Shown here: piece by piece, positions 12,749 to 24,699 of the stretch | Position numbering within the stretch: position 1 is the stretch's first letter | Layout: each line of letters opens with the position of its first letter | Origin: Hypanus sabinus | Taxonomy: Eukaryota | Length of the DNA stretch: 64,000 nt | Direction of reading: 5' to 3' | NCBI RefSeq assembly: GCF_030144855.1 | Contig: NC_082710.1 | Location: 165,540,001 to 165,604,000, forward strand | Program-made: the position numbers and the translations under genes | The notes under the pieces: generated by a model | The model's input: the letters and a program-made list of their open reading frames with translations, nothing else | Database searches by the model: none | What the model was told of the DNA's origin: nothing

Positions 12749-14030
12749 GCAGGTACTCTTGAATATTCTTATTAAATTACACAGTGTAGTCCTTGGTAAT
12801 ATCCCTTCACAATAGTTGGGCTGAAGTCAGTCTTTGTTAGTGGGATTCCTGGCTTGACTTCCGATCAGGTATTGTTTCACTAAACCAGCCATTGCCACCT
12901 GACAATCATTACTGGAGTGAGACCATACCACTTCCTGAGCAGGAATTCAAAGGAAGTCCATGAGCTGCGGGGAAAACTGCCCACGTTCCAATCTGTGTTC
13001 AGTGTGTATCATGAAATTTGGCAACAATAAAATGCAGTGCTTTCCAAACTGCATGGCACTTGCTCTGGTTCCTTTTGTGGCTTGCTATAGAACATCCCTG
13101 GGAGGTACAGTGGTACTCAACCCACACAATCAATGGGATTTTCCTTCACTTCAGAATGGTGAGCATCATATATCCGTCACAGCAGAAGATAGCCTTTGCA
13201 GTGCCTATCAGTCCTTCTTCTGAACCTCTTAAAGGGTAACTTCCTGCATAAATTCCAACACGGCGGGTCCCATTTCAGTTGTTCTCATTCAGGCCCTTCA
13301 ACAGGCCTTGCACCACACACCCTTTGTTGCCATGGTTCCAACCTGCAACATTGGACGAGCTCTCTGTCTCCACCTGACTGGAGATACCAACCTGACCAGA
13401 CAGCCTCTCCCCGAGCTACAAATCTCAAACATCTCTCCATCAGCAACACCACAACAGACACCAGTTTCCTCTTAGTTGTGCGGCAGATAAAGGAACAATG
13501 CCTGGGAGATCTTAAGGGATCTAAGAATGTGCAAGGCCAAAATCCGAGCCACAAATGGAAACTTGGATCCCAACAGCAAGATCTGAGTTGAAAGGATCGA
13601 AGGTATCTCACTCCTAACAGCAGTATGTTGCAGAACAGTGATGCCTCTTGCTCCGAAGGGCCATGTAATACAATCTGCTGTTAAAGGTTTAACTGATGTT
13701 CATATACCTGCATCCCATTTAAACCAGATCACAGACAATATAACTTCTTAACTGTATCACATGAGTTTCTTTATTAACTGCAAATATTTCTTGAATGTTG
13801 TGCACTGAGGGAGGAGGTTGAGGTAACAAAGTGAGTACTATATGCAATCATTACTTTAGGATGTGCTGAGGACACAAAGAAACCATTCTCAGAATCTTTC
13901 AATGGAGATTAAAGGTAATTAAAATGTTTATGACTTAGACAGTCTGAAGAACCAGTGAGACAGGTAGAATGGAAGGAATGCTTGGATTCCTGCTCGTGCC
14001 CCATTGTGTCTGTAATTCAGCAGCTTCACT

Positions 14031-14676
14031 TGTCATGATCCAGTCTGTGAAATCTGCATTCCAGTTCACAGTCTGGTCCATGTTCCTATTTCCAGGTTTC
14101 CCCAGTTTCCGCTGAGGCAGCTGATTCTTGTTTGGGCTGGCCTCATAAATAGCTTCAGGATTCAGCCTGTGGCTGCTGGATTGTCCTGTCCAAACCCTCT
14201 GTCTGTATCCCTTCACTTTGCCTCATCTCAGCTCAACTCTGCCTAGAGCCTTGCCTCGCCTCCGTCTGGAGCCTCACCCTGTTTGGAACCGTCTGTCTGT
14301 GTCCACACCTTCGCTAGGTAGGTCCAGCCATTTTGCCGCTACCTAGTGTTGGGAACTGTCTCGTTGTGTTCAGTGTTCTGTGTAATGAGTCCCGGCCCTC
14401 AATCCTGCATCCAAGGAGGGGTCCTGGCTCTTTTCCATTCTCTGGCTCGGTCCAAGCCCAGACTCCTAGTTCCCAGTTCCATGTCCTGGTTCCGCTATCA
14501 TCATCAAGTCCTAGACCAAGCCTGGAATCCTTGTCTCATCCAGGGCCTATGTCATGTGCAGTGTCCTTTCTTCTTCACTTCCCTAGCTTCCTTCTCACGC
14601 CTAGTCCTGTTCCTGGTAGTTCAGTGTCTGTGTCTTGCATTTGGGTCCGCTCTCAATGCCCCCCCCCCTTATGACA
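14031..14676 (+). mobile_element. Solo LTR (646 bp) in the SLAM-gene intron between the TM and ITIM exons
   Basis: Termini TGTCATGA...TTATGACA, flanked by TCACT/TCACC (near-perfect 5-bp TSD). Contains TATA-like cataaatag near 14145 and internal pyrimidine-rich short repeats. Orientation is inferred. Confidence 0.75.
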
Positions 14677-15493
14677 TCACCAGATTTGAATGTGTCTGAA
14701 GGAAAGGATAAAGGAAGTGGGGGACAGCCAAGCTTTGGGGACATTTCCCAAAGACTGGTTAAACCAGTCTAACCTCTGGTCTATTCCCTCGTGGCATCTT
14801 AGGCAGAACTGTACAAATCTAAGGCTGGGCATATTGTCACTGAAATTATTCTTTACCCATTTGAGAAATTCCTTCATATTTCTTCTTGTCCTCTTACATT
14901 CTACTACATTGGTGACATGAACAGAATATGGCTTTTAGAACTGATCAAATCAGTTCTTTGTGTTGTGGAAACTGGAGATAATCAACAAGTGGGAAAATTC
15001 AGGGGTTCAATATCATGATGTAAATATCAATTCACCTAGACTGGGCACAGATATTTTCTTAAATTGTTTTGGCAATGAAGAGGACTCCCAATTCAGTTTA
15101 CTGTGAAGAATGGAACACCACCATAGTTTGTTTTTCATCTGAGGACAAGTTTGTGATTTTCTCTCGACCAAAGTCTACTGTACAGCTTTGATATCAATGT
15201 GAAATAACTGGAAACCTCATCCCTAGTGAAAGTTTATAAACGGGACTGGATGGCAGCTGGGTGGGTCAGTGAAAAGGAATACTCACAGTGTGTCCATTAA
15301 GGATAAGGTCAGACTTCTCTTTTGGTTTGTGGTTGTGTAGTCAGTCAGGTTTGAATGGAGAAGTTATGGCTGGTGGAAGGACTGAGCGCAGGTAACCTTT
15401 AAGGGGAAAGATATTTAGAGAAAATATTTTCTGAAATCAAAACAGAAGGAGCATCCAGACATGGTTCCAACAGCAATTGTTTTTTATTTAAAG

Positions 15494-15567
15494 CCGCTAA
15501 CACTGAAAGGAGAAGTGAATCAGTGCTGTATGCTGTGATCAGGAGAGCAAACATTGCCAGGGACCAG
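15494..15567 (+). CDS. CD2/SLAM-family receptor, cytoplasmic exon with ITIM-like motif
   Basis: Acceptor ttttttattaaAG at 15492-15493 and strong donor CAG|gtcagt at 15568; phase 1 to 0. Translates (A)ANTERRSESVLYAVIRRANIARDQ, where VLYAVI fits (I/V/L/S)xYxx(I/V/L). An in-frame upstream alternative acceptor exists at 15445. Confidence 0.72.
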
Positions 15568-16789
15568 GTCAGTACAAGCTGCAAAATTCTGTTGGGTTTA
15601 CTCTCTCCACTTTCCTCTGTTTCAATAACAAATAACCAGTGATACTTTCAACAAAAGCAAAGTTGTTCACACTCCGATCAGTTTCCCTCCATCTCTGCTT
15701 GAATGCTCATCTTCAATCTGATGGTGTGGGAAGGTTCCATTTGACAAAGGCTTCTTGCTTTGCACAAGTGAATTGCTATTTGATTATGTCATAAAATATT
15801 ACAGTACATCTCAGTCAGCCCATTGTATTCACAACATTCAAACAGGGCTACCAGTACTAATTCCTCTCCAGCTCTGTCTGCAACATTGTAGGATATAGCA
15901 CATCAGATGTGGTGAGGGTTTCTGCCTCCTCCCTTTTTCATGTGCTGCCAAATCTCAAGCCGCCATCAAAATTTTCAATTTTTTCCCAACCCCGCCTTCA
16001 CTAATTTGCAAACGGGTATGGCTCCTTCCTTTTCATCAACACCACTGATGAACAATATCCTCCGTGTCTGCAGAACTGGACAGGGCAGCTATATCCATTA
16101 GTTACTTTCCTGAGGGATCTCACAGAACATCTGGAAGTAACAGTGCACCCACCTGCCACAATATTCCTTGTTCCTTGATTGTGAAATGTGGTGTTTACTG
16201 GAAAGGCCAGCAATTACTCCCTATCCTTAAATGTCCTTGAGGTGGTGCAGAGCTGCTTTACAGTGCTAGAGTCTATTTGGAGGACTGCTGGGTAACGTAT
16301 TACAGGGGTTAGACTCACCAAAGGTAAACAGACAGATAAAAACTCAGTACCCACTTTATTCGGTACCAAATATTGAGTTAGTGGTAGAGAGGTCACTAAA
16401 CAAACTCTTATTCATTATGGCCATCCTCTCCATGACCTACTGAATAAGCAGCAGAGCATCCTTTTGAACAGGCGCATTCAGCTCCGCCGTCACAAGGACC
16501 ACTAAAGAAAATCTTTCCTAACCGATGCAATAAGCTTTTACAATAGTTCATCTCTGTGCAACAGGAGAACACACATCATAGTACAATAGTCTGTTTTATT
16601 ATTTCATACGTTATAATTGCACATAGGTAAATTATTATTGTGTATGCTAATATTCTGTAATTTATTATTAGTCAAGTCTGCTCACTGCTAAGTGTATTTT
16701 TAAATGTTGCTGCTGTAATGAAAGAATTTCCCACTCGGGATCAGTTAAGTAATCATTATTATTATTATTAGTCGTAATAACACCTTGTA

Positions 16790-17215
16790 TTCTGTCTGGG
16801 TAGCCTCCAACATAATGACATATCAATTTCTCCTTCCAGTAAATTTTTTCCTCTGTCTCCCCCCTTCTTCTATTCCCTACTCTGGCCTATCACCTACCCC
16901 TGGCTCCCCTCCTCCTTCCTAGGGTCCACTCTCCTCTCCCAGAAGATTCCTTCCTTTCCAGCCCTTTCCCTTTCCTAACAAGTTGGCTTCAACTAACACC
17001 TTCTCGCTATCCTCCTATCCTCCTTCCCCTCCCCCCTACTTTTTTATTCTGGCATCGTCCCCCTTCCTTTCCGGTTACTGAAGAAGGGTCTCAGCCCAAA
17101 ACATTGACTGTTTATTTCCCTCCATAGATGCTGCTTGACCTGTTGAGTTCCTCCAGCATTTTGCTTGCTTCTTTGGGTTTCCAGCATCTTTCCAGAATTT
17201 CTTGTGTTTATGCGT
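16790..17215 (+). mobile_element. Penelope-like element 3' fragment with decayed hammerhead motif
   Basis: gggtagcctccaac...atatcaatttct (end of GIY-YIG), a polypyrimidine tract, CTGAAGA-agggtctcagccc-AAAAC at 17078, then the gatgctgc...ctgttgagttcctccagcattttg terminal repeat. Confidence 0.7.
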
Positions 17216-17879
17216 ACTTTCACTTTCTTAAGGACTATTAGGGATGGGTAACAAACGTTGCTGTTCTCAGAGATAGCCAGATCCAGAAAAAGGAATGAAA
17301 ACAAAATTACAATGAGGCCAGAAACCAGTCATGGGATCGGCTGAGCTGCTTTTTTTGAGAGATGAGGCCAGTCAAGGGTTGTTTCATTCTTAGCACATGA
17401 ACAGTCTCCTCTGGTGATTTCAATATAGCCTGAAATTCATATTAGATAGGATACAAAAACAGTCTTATACTTTGGTTCTGGGCCCATCGATCCCATGAGA
17501 CTCCAGCATATAATTATAGCTTTCTTTCTTGATCTCACATCCACTGTTTATCATCTGCCACTATCTCATGCATTTCTCTCTGGATTTTTTTTCCAATTTA
17601 TCAAGTTTGCATGTAATCTTTGCTCTTGTGTGTTTTCTCTCACACCCTCGTATTACATTTATTGCTAACCACAAGGTTCCTCTTCTAACAATTTCCTTGA
17701 ATTTATGCATTGCCTTTAATGTAGTTAAATAAAATTCATGGGAACTTCACCAGGTTAATGATCTAAGACTGGCACTGTGCTGGTTAACAAAACCAGTAGG
17801 CAGACAGCCAGAAGTTAGTTTCACAAAGGGCAGAAAAATACAATAGGATTAGCAAAGGATTCCATTCTTTCAGGATTTA

Positions 17880-18360
17880 ACACCTGACAGGCTGCAGCAG
17901 TGTGGTGTGATTAAATTGTGAGTATTCCAGAGGTGAGGTGAAGGTCTTTAGAGGATTATACAACTAAGAGAAATTACAGTTGAGAAGGGGAAAGTCCATG
18001 GGGAAACAGAAATATAATATTTTTTAAAAATCACCCCAACAAAATTTGTCCCATTGATGAGGCAATGTAGAGATTATGCAGCTCAATGTGGTTTGCATGC
18101 TGACTGCAGAAACTGCAGCACTAACCTGTCACTGTGGTCCTACACCATGGGTCTGAACAAAAATACCAACCAGTGATCAGAAAACAAGTACAATTGGAAC
18201 AAGAACCTGCAGAGTGAGAGAGCAGTCAGTGCTAGTTACCAACCACATATTTAAAACAGTCCTGATAAGCTGATAACCCTCATGGTTACATCCACTGACT
18301 CAGTTGGTATTTTGCAATTTTGTTAGCAATTTTCCTCAGTCAAATGCTGTGGTGGTGACC
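17880..18360. promoter_or_regulatory. Candidate haematopoietic intronic enhancer (RUNX x5, GATA x2, E-box, ETS-like)
   Basis: TGTGGT or ACCACA at 17901, 18087, 18133, 18242 and 18348; TGATAA at 18263 and 18271; CACCTG at 17881; TTTCCTC at 18331. The sequence does not look repetitive and lies in the last intron of the SLAM-family gene. Motif evidence only. Confidence 0.4.
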
Positions 18361-18384
18361 AATCCTTCTAAATGTAAAGTCAAA

Positions 18385-20692
18385 TAGAATGGAGAGGGAG
18401 GCAAAAGAGGTAGGGGCATGGCATTGCTAATTAGGGATAGTCTACTGAGTCATTGTGGGTGGAAGTCAGAAACAGAAAAGGGGGCAATACTCAGTGTTTT
18501 TTTACAGACCCACCAATAGTAACAGTGATGTTGGGGAGCAGATACGGAGGCAGATTCTGGAACAGTGCAATAATAATAGTGTTATTGTGATGGGAGATTT
18601 TAACTTTCCTAATATTGATTGGCATCTCCTTAGCGCAAGTTTGTTAGGTGTGTTCAGGAAGGTTTTCTGACACGATATGTCAATAAGCCAACGAGAGGAG
18701 AGGCTGAACTTGATCTGATACAGTATTGGGAAATGAACCTGGTCAGGTGTCAGATTGCTCAGTGGGAGAGCATTTTGGAGATTGTGATCACAATATCTCC
18801 TTCACCAAAGCACTAGAGCTGGACAGGAGCAGACAATTTAGGAAAACATTTCATTGGGGTAGGGGGAAATATGATGCTATTCGGCAGGAACTTGGGAGCA
18901 TATATTGGGAGCAGATGTTCTCAGGGAAATGCATTGCAGAAATGTGGAAAAGGTTCAGGGAACATTTGCATGGATTTCTGCATTTGGTATGTTCCATTCA
19001 GGCAGGGAAAGGATGGCAGGATTAAGGAATCATGAACAAAGGATGTAGAAAGTCTACTTAAGAAAAGCTTACAAAAGAATCAAGAAACTAAGTGTTAGAG
19101 CTCTAGAAAATTACAAGGTCCATGGGAAGGAGCTTAAGAATGGAATTAGGAGAGCCAGAAGGGGCTGAGAGAAGGCCTTGGTGAGCAGGATTAAGGAAAA
19201 CCCCAAGGCATTCTACAAGTATGTGAAGAGCAAGAGGATGAGCCGTGTGAGAATAGGACCAATCAAGTGTAATAGTGGAAATGCGCATGAAGTCGAAGGA
19301 GGTAGCGGAGGTACTTAATGAAAACTTTGCTTCAGTATTCAGCAGGGAAAAAGACCTTGGCAGTTGTGGGGATAGCTTACTGCAGACTGAAAAGCTTGAA
19401 CATATGGATATTAAGAAAGAGGATGTGCTGGAGGTTTTGAAAAGCATTAAGTTAGATAAGTCAATGGGGCTGGATGAGATATAATCCAGGCTACTGTGGG
19501 AAGTGAGGGAGGAGATTGCTGAGCATCTTGGAATGAGCTTTGCATCATCAACAGGGACAGGAGGAGGACCAGAAGATTGGAGGTTTGCAAATGTTGAAGA
19601 AATGGAGTAGAGATAATCCAGGAAATTATAGACCAGTGAGTCTGTCTTCAGTGGTGGACAAGTGTTGGAGAAGATTCTGAGCGGCAGGATTTATGAGCAT
19701 TTGGAGAGATATAATCTGATTAGGGACAGTCTGCATGGCTTTGACAAGGGCAGGCCATGCCTTATGAGTCTGATTGAATTCCTTCAGGATGTAACAAAAC
19801 ACACTGATGAAGGTAGAGTCCTGGATGTAGTACATATGGATTTCGGTAAACATTTGATAAGGTTCCCCATTCAAAGTTACTTCAGAAAGTAAGGGGGCAT
19901 GGGATCCAAGGAGACCTTGATTTGTGGATCCAGAACTGTCTTGCCCACTGTAGGCAAAGGGTGGTTGTAGATGGTTCGTACTCTGCACTTTTGCCAGTGT
20001 AGAGGATCTGAGGGATCTTGTGGTCTGTGTCCATAGGACATTCAAAGCTGCTGCATAGGTTGACAGTGTTGTTAAGAAGGCGTATGGGGTGTGGGCATTC
20101 ATAAACCATGATACTGGGTTAAAGCGCCATGAGGTAATGTTGCAGCTATATGATCTTGGGCAGACCCACTTGGAGTACTGCTCAGTTCTAGTCACCTCAC
20201 TACAGGAAGGATGTGGATACTATAGAGAGAGTGGAGAGGAGATTTACAAGGATGTTGCCCGGATTGGGGAGCATGCCTTATGAGAATAGGTTGAGTGAAC
20301 TCAGCCTTTTCTCCTTGGATCGACGGAGGATGAGGGGTGACCTGACAGAGGTGTATAAGATGATGAAGAACATTGGTCATGTGGATAGTCAGGGGCTTTT
20401 TTCCCAGGGCTAAAATGGCTAACACTGGGAGGCATAGTTTTAAGGTGCATGAAAATAGATAGTGATGGGAAGTCAGGGGTAAGGTTTCCACACAGAGAGT
20501 GGTGGGTGTGTGGAATGCACTGCCGGCGATGGTGTTGAAGGGGCAGACTCAATAGGGTCTTGGGTATGTACATGGAGCTTAGAAAGATAGAGGGCGATGC
20601 ATTATGGAAATTATGGTCAGTTTCTAGAGTAGGTTACATGGTTGGCACAATGTGGGCTGTAGGGCCTGTAATGTGCTGTAAATTTCTATGTT
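18385..20692 (+). mobile_element. CR1 LINE, degenerate, APE + RT with internal deletions
   Basis: VIVMGDFNFPNIDW (APE), VLNENFASVF, GFDKGRPCLMSLIEF, VHMDFGK and RRMRGDLTEVYKMM motifs in shifting frames; tail tttctatgttct. Confidence 0.9.
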
Positions 20693-21249
20693 CTTCATCA
20701 GGATTACCCTGACAGTACAGATTTCCTTCTATAATACAGATATTTTAGTAATTTGTCTCCTTACTTACAACACAAAACCCCAGGATGAGACTCCATGCAG
20801 AGATACTACTACATTATCTCACCAGGCATTGTGAAAGGCCCTCTGTAGCCCTCCTCTATGTCTTATAGAATTAAGCTTCTTCCATGGGTAAAACCTCCAC
20901 ATTACTGCAAAAGTGCTCCCTCTTCAGAGCTAGATGGATGGAGATTATCATAAAAAGCAGAGATCTGCAGCCTGTTCCTTGCATGTCCCATAGTACAAAG
21001 GTCTCTAACAATAAGAAGACACTTTTGACATTACTTTATAACACAAAACCTCTGTTTCACCATCTACTTTAAAATATATACAAATCTTTTCAAATCCTTG
21101 ATCTTCCAGAACTGAAATCTGTAACTATCTTGTATTCCATTCCCTTTAAAAAGATCTTCTGCATTATATCCTTGGAGTATGTGTTTCAGGGGTGACTCAG
21201 ATAATCACACAATCTGAACACATGGTCATTGAAGTTACTTTCTTTCAAG

Positions 21250-21405
21250 CCACAGAGACATTTACATCAACTGGATGCCAACGAAGGACAGCAAAATCCA
21301 AAGGCACAGCTCACAACGATATACGATGAGATAAAATACAATCCTGACGTGAACACATCCTTGGCAGCAACGAACATGGAAGAGAAGTTCAACGCTGAAC
21401 GTTGA
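21250..21405 (+). CDS. CD2/SLAM-family receptor, terminal cytoplasmic exon with ITSM
   Basis: Acceptor ctttctttcaAG at 21248-21249, phase 0, matching the preceding donor. Translates PQRHLHQLDANEGQQNPKAQLTTIYDEIKYNPDVNTSLAATNMEEKFNAER*, where TIYDEI is a canonical TxYxxI ITSM. TGA at 21403-21405. Confidence 0.8.
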   Translation, partial: PQRHLHQLDANEGQQNPKAQLTTIYDEIKYNPDVNTSLAATNMEEKFNAER

Positions 21406-23517
21406 TCATCCACCACATGAAACATAAACATGGCATTGAAGTTTGCTTTAATCCCAGCAATTTTTATGCTCAGCCACTTCCTGCACTGCCTGCAGCTGTC
21501 ACAACTGGCTTGCACACTTGGAGAGCAGACCAGGCATTGGAACGGGTTTGCAAGGACAATCTAATTTAGAAGGACTGGGAGAAACTGGACAAATCTAAGT
21601 GAGAAATGTTGGAAATACACAGCAAGGTGATGAGTTCTATGGTGGAGGCATGGTTTATACCTCGCAGATGAGTTACGAAGAAGTGTGATGGATTGACAGC
21701 TTTCATTGAAGGAAGATCAGGGAAGACTGACTCAGTTCATTCATGGGATCAAAGGATTACCTTATAAGGGAACGTTGAGTAGGTTGAATCTAACCTGATC
21801 GGAGGTTATACGATTAAACTCCTGACTGTACTGATGATTAAGATTCTGCATAAATCTGACAAGATCAAAGCTGAGATAATGTTTCTCTTTATGGTGAATC
21901 TAGTTTGAAGAAATATCACAGTTTAAGGTGGCAATGAAATGGAGTTTCTTCTCAGGGGATTGTAAACATTTGATCTTTATGGAGGCTGAATCTTTGTGTA
22001 TTGCAAGGCTGCAAAGTCCAGATTGTTAGTCTACAGTTAGTCAAGGGTTACGCAGGAAATTTGAGCTAAGCCAAAGCGTGATCAGATATGACCTTTAGCA
22101 GAGGGGCTTGAGGATTTTGAAGTAAACCACTGCCTCTACACGTGTGTACTCAGGTAGAAGCGTGCAGGAGCTGTCAACCACAATGTATTTTCACCATTTC
22201 CCGTTTGTTACAGTTATCATTCAGCCATGACATTTTGTATTTTATTTAATTAACTTTTTTTTTACTGATGCATTGCCCTGTGTGATGGTGATATGTTTGC
22301 TCCTTTCCAACATAAATGTATTCTCATTTTGTTAACAAAGTATTTGGAACTGGTGTGGTTTTAAACAAAGGTGCTCGATGGTGTGACTTAGAAAGGGCCC
22401 AGTGACAACACTGACCTAGAAATTGCAGAGTGCCTTGAAGGAGTAATGCATTGGAATGGTGAAGAAGCAGTGGAGCTACTACCAGCAAAAAGAAACGTTG
22501 CAGGAACTGTTGTCAGCAGTTCAAGGAGCATCTGATTGTAAGGGTGGAGTGGGGGAGAGGGAGGCAAAGAGATTGTCAAAGCTCTGGAACAAGACTCTGC
22601 ATTAGGACTGAGAGTGGACAGGGTAGACAGCATGAAAAGGCATGAGACAGGGGTTGGTGGGTGATGTTTGGTAAAAACCACATTAGAGATTAAGCTTTGC
22701 TGGTAGTCATTTGTTTCAGGTTCACTGAAGGAGATTCTCAGAGAACAGTCTAAGATTCCTGTCAAGTACTTCAAATATCACATTGGGTTTAGAAAGGAAA
22801 ATCATGAAAGGAAGGCCCTATTAAATTTCAGGTTTGGTATGATTTGACATTAACAAAACACTTGCAAATGTAAAACCTTCCAACATAAATTAATCTTTTG
22901 TCACGTAGCACTGGATAAAAACAGAACAGCACTACAGAAATGTTTGACAACCACATCGTTAATTTTAGCTTTAAATACTGAGGCCCATACTGAGTTTTCT
23001 TCTGATTTCTACTCTCGCCTACAGGAAAAATAGAGCAGGCAGTATTTTTTTTTTGCGCCCAGGCAGAGTGGAAAATCTATAATGTGTACAGGGAAATGGC
23101 AGCAACCATCAGCTGTCAGAAGTACTAGGGAATTTCCCTTGTGGGAAAGAGAAACAAAATTAAGTATTGGGGAAAAACACAAGAATGGGGAAGCTGGTGA
23201 TAGGGGTCTGAGAATCTACACCACAGAGTTTTAAATCAGGCTGTGGTTGAGTGAAGAAATGTTGTCTTACCGTCTTCCAAAATTCTATAGACTCCGGAGT
23301 GCTCTGCAGAGTGGAATCCTAATGAATGCAAACCACGTTTTAGAAAAGTAGGGAGAAATGAAGCAGAGATCTTCTGACAGACTTGCTTAACATTAATGGC
23401 AGAAAAATTGCTAGAATTTAAAATGTGTGAATACATGCAAATGAGGGTAATACATTGATGCAGCTGGCAACTGAATAATGCATAGGAAACAGATCGTAAA
23501 TTGATCTTTCTCAGACC

Positions 23518-23911
23518 AAACTGTGACAGAGGGATATGTAGAGATCACTGTTATACAGAGACATTTCACTGGGCTGATTTCAGCAAACTGTGACAGAGGG
23601 ATATGTAGAGATCACTGTTATACAGAGACATTTCACTGGGCTGATTTCAGCAAACTGTGACAGAGGGATATGTAGAGATCAGTGTTATACAGAGACATTT
23701 CACTGGGCTGATTTCAGCAAACTGTGACAGAGGGATATGTAGAGATCACTGTTATACAGAGACATTTCACTGGGCTGATTTCAGCAAACTGTGACAGAGG
23801 GATATGTAGAGATCAGTGTTATACAGAGACATTTCACTGGGCTGATTTCAGCAAACTGTGACAGAGGGATATGTAGAGATCACTGTTATACAGAGACATT
23901 TCACTGGGCTA
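23518..23911 (+). repeat. 67-bp minisatellite, ~5.9 copies
   Basis: The unit aaactgtgacagagggatatgtagagatca(c/g)tgttatacagagacatttcactgggctgatttcagc recurs exactly every 67 bp (ctgtgac at 23521, 23588, 23655, 23722, 23789, 23856). Confidence 0.97.
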
Positions 23912-24699
23912 ATTGCAGTTTGTGGTATAATGTGAGTCTGCGTAGCCTAAACCTGTATTCTGTAGAATTTAGAAGAATGAGTGGCGATCTCATTGAAATT
24001 CACAAAATTCTCCACTGTGTGGATACACATCTGATATTTCCACCAAATAAGGAAACTTAGAACTAGGAGTCAAGTGTTAAAAATAACTTGTTTGGTGGCC
24101 TCACAGGGGCTGCAGAGGAATGCCTATTCCTTGTTTTGGGTGGCTGTTATTTTTCACCCTTGCATAAACAGTTCGTTAGCGCTAGCAGTTATCGAGGAAC
24201 TTAACATGATTTCGATGAAAAAGCAAGCTGATAATTAGATAGTGGTGAAGTTATTGTAGGCCTAACAAGGCAGAACCAAAAGTTGCTTCGTGGTACAGTT
24301 CACCAGCAGAGAAAGCAAATTGATCGGGGAACCAAATCTAGAAAGTCTGGAGAAGGTCCAAGCACACATCAGGCATTAGGAGCTATTTGGTACATCAGCG
24401 GCAAAGTAGGAACAGCTGTAGAAATAGTAGATTACTTTTAAAATTTTAAATAAATACAATCACTTAAACTTCAGTAGTTCTTCCCCCTTAAAAGTATAAT
24501 AATTCATCTTCTGCAATGTCAGTCTTGCCTTATGTTCAGATTCATGGAAAAATGCTCCCCTGGATAGTTCATATGTGAGAAATGTCAGCTCAGGTTGAAC
24601 CAGAGGGGCACTAATGTACTGGGCAGGTGTATGCTTCAGTTAGTTAAGGACTGATTAAACTTGGAAATGGTGGGGGGGGGGGGTGGCAGGGAAATGGTG

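Noticed and set aside
15341-15391. Possible extra cytoplasmic exon (tgtAG...CAG|gtaacc)
   Set aside because: It is open only as phase 2-2, which cannot join the phase-1 ITIM exon. The other frames contain stops.
23518-23911. Regular repeat array considered as a possible CRISPR
   Set aside because: The units are contiguous with no unique spacers, the context is eukaryotic, and the unit derives from CR1.
21406-24460. Poly(A) signal for the SLAM-family gene
   Set aside because: No AATAAA occurs close to the stop. The ATTAAA (21814, 22820) and AATAAA (near 24449) candidates cannot be chosen between without transcript data.
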